From contig JABFRT010000008.1 of NCBI GenBank assembly GCA_013141015.1, positions 8,637-72,636 of the forward strand: a stretch of DNA of 64,000 bases, written 5' to 3'. Source of the stretch: Hyphomicrobium sp. (GTDB taxonomy: Bacteria > Pseudomonadota > Alphaproteobacteria > Rhizobiales > Hyphomicrobiaceae). Below, piece by piece: positions 38,831-48,235 of the stretch (position 1 is the stretch's first letter; each line of letters opens with the position of its first letter). The translations under genes were made by a program, and so were the position numbers. Under the pieces are notes generated by a model. It searched no databases. It was not told the origin of the DNA and saw only the letters and a list, made by a program, of their open reading frames with translations.

Positions 38831-39919
38831 ATGCAGGCGCTCAAAGCGCTTATCGCCGTGTCACCCGCAACGGCGTTGGCTGTGGGGGGAGCGATCATCG
38901 GGTTGCTATTTGGCGCAATCGTCAGCCGGACGAATTACTGCACGATGGGCGCCATCACCGACTGGCGGCTAACCGGCGACAAAGGCCGGCTGGGCGCGGT
39001 GGCGCTGGCTGCTGCGACGGCGATGACCGGCGCTCAATGTCTCGACGCATATGGTGTCGTCGAACTGTCAAAATCGATGTATCTCGCGCCGCGCATCAAT
39101 TGGGCTGGCGCGCTCGGCGGCGGACTGCTGTTTGGCTATGGCATGGTCTACGCGGGCGGGTGCCCAAGCCGCACTCTGATCCGCGCCGGCGGCGGCGATG
39201 TCCGCGGTCTCGTCTCTCTCGTCGTCATGGCTATTGCCGCATACGCCACAATCAGCGGCGTGCTGGCGGGAGCGCGCGTGGCACTTGAAAACGCAACGGC
39301 CATTGACGTGAAGGCGTTTGGCGCACCCACGCAGCATCTCGGTGAATTGCTCTATCGAGCGCATGTGACGGCGTCACCGGCATCTTTGATTGCGCTCTTA
39401 GCGGTACTCATTCCGCTCCTTGCTTTTGCCGCCGGCCCAGCGCGCGTGTTCTCGCGTGGCATCAACATAGCAGGTGGGCTGGCGGTTGGCGGACTGGCCA
39501 TTGCCGGTTGGGCGCTAACGGGTCTCGCCAGCGATGAGTTCGCTGCATCTCCCCTCCAGCCCGTGTCGCTCAGCTTTGTGCGCCCCGTTGCCGATACCAT
39601 CGATTGGATTGAGCGCTCCACCGCGCTTGGCATGCCGGGCTTCGGCGTGACTTCCGTTTTGGGCGTGCTTGCGGGCGCAAGTCTTGCGGCGTGGCTCTCG
39701 GGATCGTTCCGCCTGATCGGATATTCCGACCGCCGCGACGCGATCCGCCACGTAGCGGGCGCCGCCGCAATGGGCATTGGCGGCGTGATGGCGCTTGGTT
39801 GCACCATTGGCCAAGGCGTCAGCGGACTATCAACGCTGTCCGTGCAGTCGCTGATCGCCTGCGCGGCAATTGTCGCTGGCGCCGTCATTGGCCTGCAAAG
39901 ACTTGAGAAGAGCCTCTAG
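38831..39919 (+). CDS. YeeE/YedE family (thio)sulfur transporter
   Basis: Likely start M25 of the track ORF (MQALKALIAV...). Polytopic, with conserved Cys motifs RTNYCTMG, GGCPSR and LGCTIGQG. Confidence 0.8.
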   Translation: MQALKALIAVSPATALAVGGAIIGLLFGAIVSRTNYCTMGAITDWRLTGDKGRLGAVALAAATAMTGAQCLDAYGVVELSKSMYLAPRINWAGALGGGLLFGYGMVYAGGCPSRTLIRAGGGDVRGLVSLVVMAIAAYATISGVLAGARVALENATAIDVKAFGAPTQHLGELLYRAHVTASPASLIALLAVLIPLLAFAAGPARVFSRGINIAGGLAVGGLAIAGWALTGLASDEFAASPLQPVSLSFVRPVADTIDWIERSTALGMPGFGVTSVLGVLAGASLAAWLSGSFRLIGYSDRRDAIRHVAGAAAMGIGGVMALGCTIGQGVSGLSTLSVQSLIACAAIVAGAVIGLQRLEKSL

Positions 39920-42462
39920 TCGCGGCCGATGACGACGACCGCGCGGCCATCTCTCAGCGATTGGCCGGGCGACGTGTTGGGCCGCGCTTCCATATTGGGC
40001 GCCCGCGACTGGTTGCGGCGTGCGGCCTGCGCCTTGGCATTGCGGGCGCGTTCGGCTTTCTCCGGCATCCGGCGCAATTCGGCTTCTGTCACCAGCGTAT
40101 CCTGGATGAAGTTCTCCCAGTTGCCGAGCAGCGTGAAGCGCTGCCTTTCGAAGTCGTGCTCGATACCCGTTGGTGCGGCGGATGATGTCGAACAGCGCGC
40201 TATCAAGGTCTCCGTGCCATCGGCCTTGAAGCGCAACTGATACGGCGCGTCTGGTGCCGGAATACTCAGCGTCTTGCCGGCTTGAATGAGATTGTCTTTC
40301 TCGAAATCGTTGGGCATCAGAACCGTCGCCTTGCCTTCGGCGTCGATGCTGACAACCGTGAGAAAGCAATCGGTATCGGCTTGCGCTTTGATGGTCACAA
40401 GATCGCCCGCCGTTGGCACAAGCTTGTCGATCCACACGCTGAGGCCAATTTCGGATTTTACGTCGCGCAAGAAGCCGCCCGAGCCTTGAACGGACTGCGG
40501 CTTGTCGATGCCTTTGAGCAGCGCAAACAGACGGTCGAGATCGGTCCGCGGCAGCACACCTTGCTGCAGGCGGCGGGCAAGAGCCGCAGCCGCGCCTTCC
40601 GTTGTGCTCAGCGTTTTCATAAATGCGTCGCGATCAAGACCGGCTTCAGCAACCGCCGCTTTGACATCGGACCCGCCACGATAGTGCCGGGCGAGTGACG
40701 AGACGATCTCTTCTCCCTTCACAGTCAGATCCGGATCGATCTTGGCTGCGGTGAGAGCCGAGCGGTAGCGGTCATTGTCGCCACTGACCAGAAGGCCAAT
40801 TTCGCTGTCGCTCGGGTACATGGCGAGCGCGCTGTCGGCGAGGTCCTTGGCAAGCGTTGAGGCCCCGCTTGTGGCATAGGGCCTGAAATCATCGCGGAAG
40901 ACTTTGATGCCGTTGGCGTGGCAGGCAAAACAGTTGCTGCCCGCTTTGGTCACCGGCTCAAGTGCATTGCTCTCGGTGCCCGCATAGGCCTTTTCAATGC
41001 CCGGCAAGACGCGATCGACGCGATTTCCGGCGCCGTCAAAAACGGCATAAGCAAAAAAACCATTCGGCAAGGCAAACACGCTGCGGATTTCGTCCGGCTT
41101 GAACGGCGCCTTGATGGATGCCGTCGATTTGGGGCCCAATGGGTGCTCAAACAGATCCTGATCGCCTGTGCTGGTCGCGAAATCGTACATCAACCACATC
41201 GGCCCCCGGCCACCGGCGTGGCGTTCCGCAAGCCTGTTGCCCCGCGTAATCATGCTATTGCGCACGGCGATGCGCCGGGCAGCACCCGTCTTAATGCCTT
41301 GATCGATATCGACGCCATTCATACGTGCCAGTTCCGGCAACTTCGATGGCAACCCAAGCAGCGCATAATAGAGCGGCGGCTCGGTCGCGGCGGCAGCAAA
41401 CCAATCGCCTTTGATCAAAGGCAGCGCTGCCCCCGCTGACGTTTTGATGTCGGCCGGAAACGTGACGTCCGGCAATGCCGGATAGTCCCGCTGGATCAAA
41501 TCCCAATGGCCAGAAACCCAGCCGAAGTCCGAGAGCTTGACGGCAAGCAGTGTGCCGGCCGGATCAAGAGCCGTCAGCCGCTGCGGCTCTGGCGCCCATG
41601 ACAGTGCGTTGAACACTTTGGTCAGCGCCTGGCGGTACGCGTCGATGTTGGCGAGCGGCTCACACGCATTGTAGAGGTGGATGAGCGAAACAAAGCGCAG
41701 GTCTTTCGAACTGTCACGCTCAAGGCGTTGGGCTTCGCGCATCAACGCATCGCGGTCCTCGGGGCGTATTGGCTTGCGATCGGGACAGGCTTGGACTGAT
41801 GGCGGCAAATCGCCAATCCAATCGCGGACAGCCTCAATGTCATCGGGGCGCGGTTCGCTGCCGTCCGTAATGCCGGCATAGACGTCGAGCGGCGCGTGGC
41901 GCGTGACCAGAATATCGTAGACCGGCGATGCGTCCGGCAGGCCTGGGCGGACGGCCAGCGGATCACGCGCCAGTTCGTCGATGGCCAGAATGTTGGCGAT
42001 GCTGCCGGAGGCGAGCGGTTGCTCAGTCCGGCCGGTCTGGTGGCACCGCGCGCAATGGCCATCAAACACCGCATAGGCTTTGGCCGCCCGCGCCTCGTCC
42101 GGCCGTGGCGGCACCGTGAACCCGGGGAACATCGGCGGCGGTGGAGGGGGCGGCGGTGGTGGCGCGGGTGGACCGGAGATGGCGGGGTCGCCGGCAGCGC
42201 CAGGTGTTGGCGGCGCCGTCGCGCCCGGTACAGCGGAGGCCGGCTGTTGCGGATCGGCCGCGGGAGATATCGCGGGTGCCGCAGCAGGTGGGGCCACTTG
42301 CGGCCCGGCGGGCGAAGCGGCTGGCGCTTGCGCCCGGGTGACAGCTGTGCCCCCCAGCATCATCGCGATGCACAGCATGGCCATCCGCGCGTGCAATCGC
42401 GCCGGGCACACTTTCCACATGGCACGGCTGGCACGCAGCCTTGTCATCCTGGCGTCACGCAT
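39916..42462 (-). CDS. Secreted multidomain protein: Pro/Ala-rich linker, two CxxCH heme motifs, C-terminal DUF4384-like domain
   Basis: 848-aa ORF; a start at M27 (42384) gives the signal peptide MAMLCIAMMLGGTAVTRAQA. It has a run of 10 Pro, then CARCH and CFACH. The C-terminal LSVWIDKLVPTAGDLVTIKAQADTDCFLTVVSIDAEGKATVLMPN resembles DUF4384. Confidence 0.6.
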   Translation of the reverse strand: MRDARMTRLRASRAMWKVCPARLHARMAMLCIAMMLGGTAVTRAQAPAASPAGPQVAPPAAAPAISPAADPQQPASAVPGATAPPTPGAAGDPAISGPPAPPPPPPPPPPMFPGFTVPPRPDEARAAKAYAVFDGHCARCHQTGRTEQPLASGSIANILAIDELARDPLAVRPGLPDASPVYDILVTRHAPLDVYAGITDGSEPRPDDIEAVRDWIGDLPPSVQACPDRKPIRPEDRDALMREAQRLERDSSKDLRFVSLIHLYNACEPLANIDAYRQALTKVFNALSWAPEPQRLTALDPAGTLLAVKLSDFGWVSGHWDLIQRDYPALPDVTFPADIKTSAGAALPLIKGDWFAAAATEPPLYYALLGLPSKLPELARMNGVDIDQGIKTGAARRIAVRNSMITRGNRLAERHAGGRGPMWLMYDFATSTGDQDLFEHPLGPKSTASIKAPFKPDEIRSVFALPNGFFAYAVFDGAGNRVDRVLPGIEKAYAGTESNALEPVTKAGSNCFACHANGIKVFRDDFRPYATSGASTLAKDLADSALAMYPSDSEIGLLVSGDNDRYRSALTAAKIDPDLTVKGEEIVSSLARHYRGGSDVKAAVAEAGLDRDAFMKTLSTTEGAAAALARRLQQGVLPRTDLDRLFALLKGIDKPQSVQGSGGFLRDVKSEIGLSVWIDKLVPTAGDLVTIKAQADTDCFLTVVSIDAEGKATVLMPNDFEKDNLIQAGKTLSIPAPDAPYQLRFKADGTETLIARCSTSSAAPTGIEHDFERQRFTLLGNWENFIQDTLVTEAELRRMPEKAERARNAKAQAARRNQSRAPNMEARPNTSPGQSLRDGRAVVVIGRD

Positions 42463-42591
42463 TCCTTAAAACTCCAGCGGCCCGATTGCAGCCCCCTTGA
42501 GGCCGCTGTTTCGTTGGCACAATAATGACCACCCGCCCGCACGCCTAGTCCGTTTCAGCCACACGCATCTGATGCGGGTTGTATCGGCGCA

Positions 42592-44484
42592 CTAGCGCTG
42601 AGCCATAATCTGCAGGGCTTGGCGCGTCTCGGTATTGAAAAACCCGTGGATCGTGCCGCGATAGAGGCCCTGCAACGCCAGCTGCTTTTGGATTTGGCGC
42701 CGCGTCGCGAAGGACAATCCTTGGGCAGCAATGTCGATTCCCCGCCCCTCGGTGCGCCCAGCCTGCACGGCCTTCAAGGCGGTTTCAGCCGCGCGCGCCG
42801 GATTTCGGGCCACACCGCGGCCTCGATCATAGATACGCGCCAGTTCAACGTAGGCTGCTGCATGGCCATACCCCGCCGCCGCCTCAAGCAAGCCCAGGGC
42901 GCTGGCCGTGTTGGGCCGAGCGCCTTCCCCGGCAAGGTCCATCAGCGCCAAATTGTACATGGCGCGCGGATGCTTGTTTTCAGCCGCCAAACGGTAAAGA
43001 CGGCGCGCCTCGGCGCTATTCTTGGCAACGCCTTTGCCTTGACTATAGAGGTAGGCGAGGCTGGTTATGCCAGCAACATCGCCGCCGTCGGCTGCAGCGC
43101 GGTACAAGCGCAACGCCTCGACCAGATTGGGTGCTGCCCCCTCGCCGAACTCGTGCATCGTGCCAAGGGCTGCCATTGCGGCCGGATATCCGGCGTCCGC
43201 TGCCCGCTCATACCAGCGCGCGGCTTCCAGTAAATCCTTAGATACACCGCGGCCTTTGTCATAGGCCCGGCCAACACGGTATAACGCGGCTGGCAATCCT
43301 TCCGCCGCCGCCTCGGTGTAAAGCTTCACGGCCAGCGCGATGTCCGCCGCCGGGGCACCATCCGCATCGAGCATCAAGGCTTTGTCGTGGGTCGCCTGCG
43401 CCGCCATCAGACGTTCGGTCGCGTCAATCCCGCCGGTCATCATCCAAGACCACGGCGTGCGTGTGTGCAAGGCCTCGATTTTTGCAATCCGCACGGACGC
43501 CAGTTCGGCAAACAGTCCGTTGGGATAGCGGGTGATGTGGTTGTGCAGAACTACCACATCCTGGCTGGATTGAATGGCCTCCCAGGCGGTCATCTCTGCA
43601 AGACGCGCGGTCTGCGCTGCCGTTTCGGGTGCAACAGTGTTGGATGCCTGCGGCACAAACGAAAACTGCGTGACGAGTGACGAGTGCTCCCATGGCGTCT
43701 GCCGGTTGGCAGTGCGCTCGATGACGTGGCGGCGGGTGGCGCGGAATACATCTTCGAGTGTTTTGCCGGGTTGCAGCATCTCGCTGGCGAGCGCCGCGGT
43801 GTAGGGGCTATTTGCACCAATGCCGTCGTCGGCCAACTGGCCAGGCCCCGTCGCATAGGCGATTATGGTGCCAGCCGGCGCGACCACCGAGGCAAGCCCC
43901 GTCACCGTTGCAGTCCACACACCCGCCGCAAACGGATTATCCCGGCACGCATCCAGCACAACGATATTCAACCGCGTTGATGAGCGCGCCATCGTCCGCA
44001 TCACACTGTGCAGCGGCACGCCGAATTCGGTCACGTCTTCCGTAGTGGCAATCGTCGCGCCGAGAGGGATCAGATAGTTGTCACCATCCACCTGCACACC
44101 GTGGCCGGCATAGTAGAATAGCGCGACTGCGCCTGGGGTTTGAAGGCGGCTGCCGAAATCGGCAACGGCGCGGCGCATGTCCTCGGCGGTCCCGTCCATG
44201 ACGGTCATGACATCGAAGCCAGCTGCTGCAAGCGTGCGGGCCATCAGGCCGGCATCGTTTCGCGGGTTCTTCAAGCGGCTTGTTGCATAACTGGCGTTAC
44301 CGATGATCAGCGCTATGCGCGGCTCTGCGCCAGCGGCCACTGGCGTTTGCGGCGCGGCGCCCGCGGCCGCTGGTCCGCACGCAAGCATGGCCGCCAGGAG
44401 CGCACAGCCCAATGCCGCCGCCAACCGCTTCCGGACCACGCTCCACGCCCCCCTCGTCAGCCCTTCGGCTGCCATCCAGCCCAT
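42592..44484 (-). CDS. Secreted caspase-family (peptidase C14) protein with Sel1 repeats and a C-terminal peptidoglycan-binding-like domain
   Basis: 630 aa. Signal peptide; His/Cys dyad contexts FYYAGHGVQ and VVLDACRDNPF. It has several Sel1-type repeats (AARWYERAADAGYPAAMAALG etc.). The tail is RQIQKQLALQGLYRGTIHGFFNTETRQAL. Confidence 0.75.
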   Translation of the reverse strand: MGWMAAEGLTRGAWSVVRKRLAAALGCALLAAMLACGPAAAGAAPQTPVAAGAEPRIALIIGNASYATSRLKNPRNDAGLMARTLAAAGFDVMTVMDGTAEDMRRAVADFGSRLQTPGAVALFYYAGHGVQVDGDNYLIPLGATIATTEDVTEFGVPLHSVMRTMARSSTRLNIVVLDACRDNPFAAGVWTATVTGLASVVAPAGTIIAYATGPGQLADDGIGANSPYTAALASEMLQPGKTLEDVFRATRRHVIERTANRQTPWEHSSLVTQFSFVPQASNTVAPETAAQTARLAEMTAWEAIQSSQDVVVLHNHITRYPNGLFAELASVRIAKIEALHTRTPWSWMMTGGIDATERLMAAQATHDKALMLDADGAPAADIALAVKLYTEAAAEGLPAALYRVGRAYDKGRGVSKDLLEAARWYERAADAGYPAAMAALGTMHEFGEGAAPNLVEALRLYRAAADGGDVAGITSLAYLYSQGKGVAKNSAEARRLYRLAAENKHPRAMYNLALMDLAGEGARPNTASALGLLEAAAGYGHAAAYVELARIYDRGRGVARNPARAAETALKAVQAGRTEGRGIDIAAQGLSFATRRQIQKQLALQGLYRGTIHGFFNTETRQALQIMAQR

Positions 44485-44693
44485 CTCCTGCCAAAAACGA
44501 ATCCTGCTGGAAAAATAGCCCTCTACGGCTCTGGCGCCAGCCCTGACGGGCGCTGATCCCCGCCTTTCGGCGGATTGCCCCCAACTCCCTTGACCCGGCC
44601 ACTAACCGATTGCAGCGATTGTCCTTCTATGCAGGCCCCATCCCCACTTAGACTGGCTCAGGTGTACGTTCCGCGAGCCGCGTCCGGCTCCAT

Positions 44694-46379
44694 TTGAGAC
44701 ACGCGATCCACATGCCAAGCGGCGGAGAAGTCCTGATTGATATTTTGGCGGCGGAAGGCGTCCGGCATGTCTTCACTGTGCCCGGCGAGAGCTTTATCGC
44801 CGCCCTCGACGCCATGCACAGCGACGTGCGCGTGCGGCCCGTCACGTGCCGCAGCGAGACCGGCGCGGCGATGATGGCGGAAGCCACTGGCAAGCTCACC
44901 GGACGTCCTGGTGTTGCACTGGTGGCGCGCGGGCCTGGGTCCGCCAACGCGGCGGCCGGCGTCTACATCGCACACCAAGACGCGACACCCATGATCCTGC
45001 TGGTGGGTTTGCCGCCGCGAAGTATGGAAGGCCGTCCGGCGTTCCAAGCCATCGATCTGTCCGCGCTGTACGGTGGCATCGCCAAATGGGTATCGACCGT
45101 CAGCAGCGCCCAGCGCCTTCAGAGCACACTCGCACGCGCATTCCGCACGGCCATGAGCGGCCGGGCTGGGCCGGTTGTGATTGGGCTGCCTGAAGACGTG
45201 CTGCTCGAAAGCAGTCCTGCTGTTACTCACGTGAGAACCGTGGCCGCGTCCTTGCCACCTGCCAGTGAGGCGCTCGAACACATCAAGAATGCCCTGGCGG
45301 TTGCAGAACGCCCCCTGCTCATAACAGGGGGATCGCAATGGACTGAAGAGGCCGCGCAAAACCTCGCCGTCTTTGCCGAGCGTTTCGATTTGCCAGTCAT
45401 TGCCTCCTTCCGCCGTCAGGATCATATCGACAACCGGCACCGCTGCTATGCCGGCCATGCCGGATTTTCGCCGGAACCGCTGCTGATTGCCGGAATCAAA
45501 GCGAGCGATCTGATCATCGCGCTCGGCACACGCCTCGGCGATGTCACGACCCAGGGCTTCACGCTTCTCAACGGCGCCATGCCGGAACAGAAGATCATTC
45601 ATATTGCGCCAGACGCGGGCGATCCCGATTGCGCGGTACAAGCGTCATATTCCGTTCATGCCTCGGCAACGGCCGCAGCGGAAGCGCTCGCCGGGCTTGC
45701 ATTGCCCGGCAAACGCCCACCCTGGGGTATCTGGCGGCGCGACCTGCGCGCGGCCTATGAAGCCTCGCTCAAGCCGCAGCCGACACCCGGCAATGTCCAG
45801 CTGGAGCAAGTCATCGCGACCCTGTCGCAGATGCTGCCGGCGGATGCCATCGTGACCAATGGCGCCGGCAACTACGCAGCCTTCCTGCAGCGCTACTATG
45901 CTTACAAAGCCTACCCCGCGCAGCTTGCCCCGGTCTCCGGCTCAATGGGTTATGGCCTGCCCGCCGCGATCGCCGCCAAACTCGCCAACCCTGATCGCGT
46001 AGTCGTGGCATTGGCGGGCGACGGCTGCTTGCAAATGACCAGCACCGAGGTGATGACCGCCGTGCAGTTCGGATTGGGGTTGATCATCATCGTCGCCAAC
46101 AACGGAACGCTCGGCACAATCCGCATGCATCAAGAGCGCCGCTATCCAGGCCGCGTCGTTGCCACGAGTTTGATGAACCCGGATTTCGTAGCGTGGGCCA
46201 AAAGCTGCGGCGCTGACGCTGTGCGCATCGACGAGACTGCTGCATTTGCGCCAGCCCTGGACCGCGCGCTGGCCAGTCAACGCTTGACCGTGATCGAACT
46301 CGCACTCGACAGTGAAGCGATTTCGCCGCGCGAGACGATCAGCTCAATCCGGTCGGCTGCACCAAAACGGAACGCTTGA
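44694..46379 (+). CDS. Thiamine pyrophosphate-dependent enzyme (acetolactate synthase large subunit-like)
   Basis: 561 aa, three-domain TPP enzyme layout. TPP-binding GDGCLQM...NNGTLG motif. Confidence 0.8.
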   Translation: MRHAIHMPSGGEVLIDILAAEGVRHVFTVPGESFIAALDAMHSDVRVRPVTCRSETGAAMMAEATGKLTGRPGVALVARGPGSANAAAGVYIAHQDATPMILLVGLPPRSMEGRPAFQAIDLSALYGGIAKWVSTVSSAQRLQSTLARAFRTAMSGRAGPVVIGLPEDVLLESSPAVTHVRTVAASLPPASEALEHIKNALAVAERPLLITGGSQWTEEAAQNLAVFAERFDLPVIASFRRQDHIDNRHRCYAGHAGFSPEPLLIAGIKASDLIIALGTRLGDVTTQGFTLLNGAMPEQKIIHIAPDAGDPDCAVQASYSVHASATAAAEALAGLALPGKRPPWGIWRRDLRAAYEASLKPQPTPGNVQLEQVIATLSQMLPADAIVTNGAGNYAAFLQRYYAYKAYPAQLAPVSGSMGYGLPAAIAAKLANPDRVVVALAGDGCLQMTSTEVMTAVQFGLGLIIIVANNGTLGTIRMHQERRYPGRVVATSLMNPDFVAWAKSCGADAVRIDETAAFAPALDRALASQRLTVIELALDSEAISPRETISSIRSAAPKRNA

Positions 46380-46518
46380 TAACGCGCCGTTAAAACCTAT
46401 TGAAAATCGATTAAATTCACACTTCGGCCATTAGCCATGAAGTTCGGTTCACATCGACTAACAAGACCTTATCGGTTACAAACTCCTTACTGGAACCGAA
46501 CAAGATCCGAGAGACCAA

Positions 46519-46695
46519 ATGGACCTCAAGGCCGCAAACTTAGCAGATGAAAAGGTATGGCGCTGGACCCGCGTCAGCATGATCGCCTGCTTCGTCGTTG
46601 CCAGTGTGATGCTGATCACATCGCTGGCACAGGCCAAGAATACAGAGTTGTCTTTCAATCAACACGTAACACTCTCCTCCTCCTCGACCCACTGA
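46519..46695 (+). CDS. Possible small single-TM protein (58 aa)
   Basis: Found by hand in an AT-richer gap between convergent genes. ATG 46519 is preceded by GAGAG. It translates to MDLKAANLADEKVWRWTRVSMIACFVVASVMLITSLAQAKNTELSFNQHVTLSSSSTH. It is below the ORF-track size cutoff and has no homology support. Confidence 0.25.
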   Translation: MDLKAANLADEKVWRWTRVSMIACFVVASVMLITSLAQAKNTELSFNQHVTLSSSSTH

Positions 46696-46780
46696 CCAAC
46701 TGCTGCACCGCCGTCACTCTTCCAAGGGCTTCACGCTTTCCCAGCGTGGGGCCCTTATCCGTTGCAACGCGGCTTGTCTG

Positions 46781-48046
46781 TTAGCGCGGGCCGTTGCCCG
46801 AGCCTTTATGGACGACGGTGTATCCAGCCTCCCTCAAGGCTGCGACGACGCCATCGAGATGCAGCGCATCGCGCGTTTCGATGACAAGGTGCAACTCGGT
46901 GCCTTTGGCCGGCACATCGGTAAAGACGCGTTGATGATAGACTTCGACCACGTTGGCGCCCGCGCCGCCAATCACGCCGGCAACTTTAGCCAGCTGGCCG
47001 GGGCGGTCCGGGATATCGATGGCAAGCCGCGAGAGGCGGCCTTCGCGCGCCAGTTCGCGGGTCAGCACACTGGCCAGCAGCCGCGTATCGATGTTGCCGC
47101 CACACAGGATCAACCCGACCTTGTGGCCGTGGTAGCGGCGCGGGTCCATGATCAGCGCCGCAAGCCCGGCAGCGCCCGCGCCCTCGACCACCGTCTTTTC
47201 AATGGTAATCAGCAACGTCACGGCGCGCTCAAGGTCAGCTTCCGAGACAAGCACAATGTCGTCGACCAGCGCTTCGATAATGGGCCGGGTGATTTTGCCG
47301 GGCGTCGTCACCGCGATGCCCTCAGCAAGTGTATCCCCGCCAACCGGCAGCTTTGAACCTTTGATCGCGTTCAGCATTGACGGATAAAGTTGCGCTTCAA
47401 CGCCAATGATCCGGATTTTGGGATTGATCGCCTTGGCGGCAATAGCCACGCCCGAAATCAGCCCGCCGCCGCCGATCGGCACTACCAGCGTGTCGAGCGA
47501 CGGCACGGCGGCCAGCATTTCAAGGGCAACCGTTCCTTGTCCGGCGATGACCGCGGCATCATCAAACGGATGGATAAACGTCAATCGGTGTCCGGCGCCA
47601 TAGGTGAGCGCAAATGCCGACGCGTCTTCGAAGGACGCACCTTCGAGTATGACTTTGGCGCCGAGCTTGCGCGTGTTTTCCACTTTCACGGTTGGCGTTG
47701 CCGACGGCATCACGATGGTTGCTGGAATGCCAAGCCGGCGCGCATGATAAGCCACGCCTTGCGCGTGATTGCCCGCCGACATGGCAATCACACCACATGC
47801 GCGCTCTTTTCCGGTCAACGAGGCGAGCTTGTTCAGTGCGCCGCGCTCTTTGTAAGCTGCTGTGAATTGCAGGTTCTCGAATTTCAGCCAGACCTCGGCT
47901 TCGAACATTTCGCCGAGCGTGCGGCTCATATCGAAATCAGTGTTGATGACCGCACCTTTGAGCGTTTCCGCCGCCCGCTTTATATCGGCAAATGTCACAG
48001 GCAGGTCTGGTGTGCCGGGCTTGTGGCTGGCTGACTTCATCTGCAT
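46781..48046 (-). CDS. ilvA: Threonine ammonia-lyase (threonine dehydratase)
   Basis: 421 aa. PLP-Lys context FENLQFTAAYKERGA, glycine loop SAGNHAQG, C-terminal ACT-like domain. Confidence 0.85.
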   Translation of the reverse strand: MQMKSASHKPGTPDLPVTFADIKRAAETLKGAVINTDFDMSRTLGEMFEAEVWLKFENLQFTAAYKERGALNKLASLTGKERACGVIAMSAGNHAQGVAYHARRLGIPATIVMPSATPTVKVENTRKLGAKVILEGASFEDASAFALTYGAGHRLTFIHPFDDAAVIAGQGTVALEMLAAVPSLDTLVVPIGGGGLISGVAIAAKAINPKIRIIGVEAQLYPSMLNAIKGSKLPVGGDTLAEGIAVTTPGKITRPIIEALVDDIVLVSEADLERAVTLLITIEKTVVEGAGAAGLAALIMDPRRYHGHKVGLILCGGNIDTRLLASVLTRELAREGRLSRLAIDIPDRPGQLAKVAGVIGGAGANVVEVYHQRVFTDVPAKGTELHLVIETRDALHLDGVVAALREAGYTVVHKGSGNGPR

Positions 48047-48235
48047 TCCTTAGGGTTTGCCGCGCACGCAGCGGACCGGCCGAATCTGTTGATCCCAGCA
48101 TACGGGCAAACGCAACGCTTCGCCCGGTCCTGATGAGGACGCGCCGGGCGGCGCGCAACGGCCATTTGGCGGCACGGCCAGGATGCATTAGAACGGCCCG
48201 GCAAACGAGCGGAACGTGCAAGGGAAATATCGTCA

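Noticed and set aside
44658-45641. 327-aa ORF on the minus strand
   Set aside because: It is antisense to the TPP-dependent enzyme gene. It has no recognisable motifs and a biased Arg/Gly/Ala composition.
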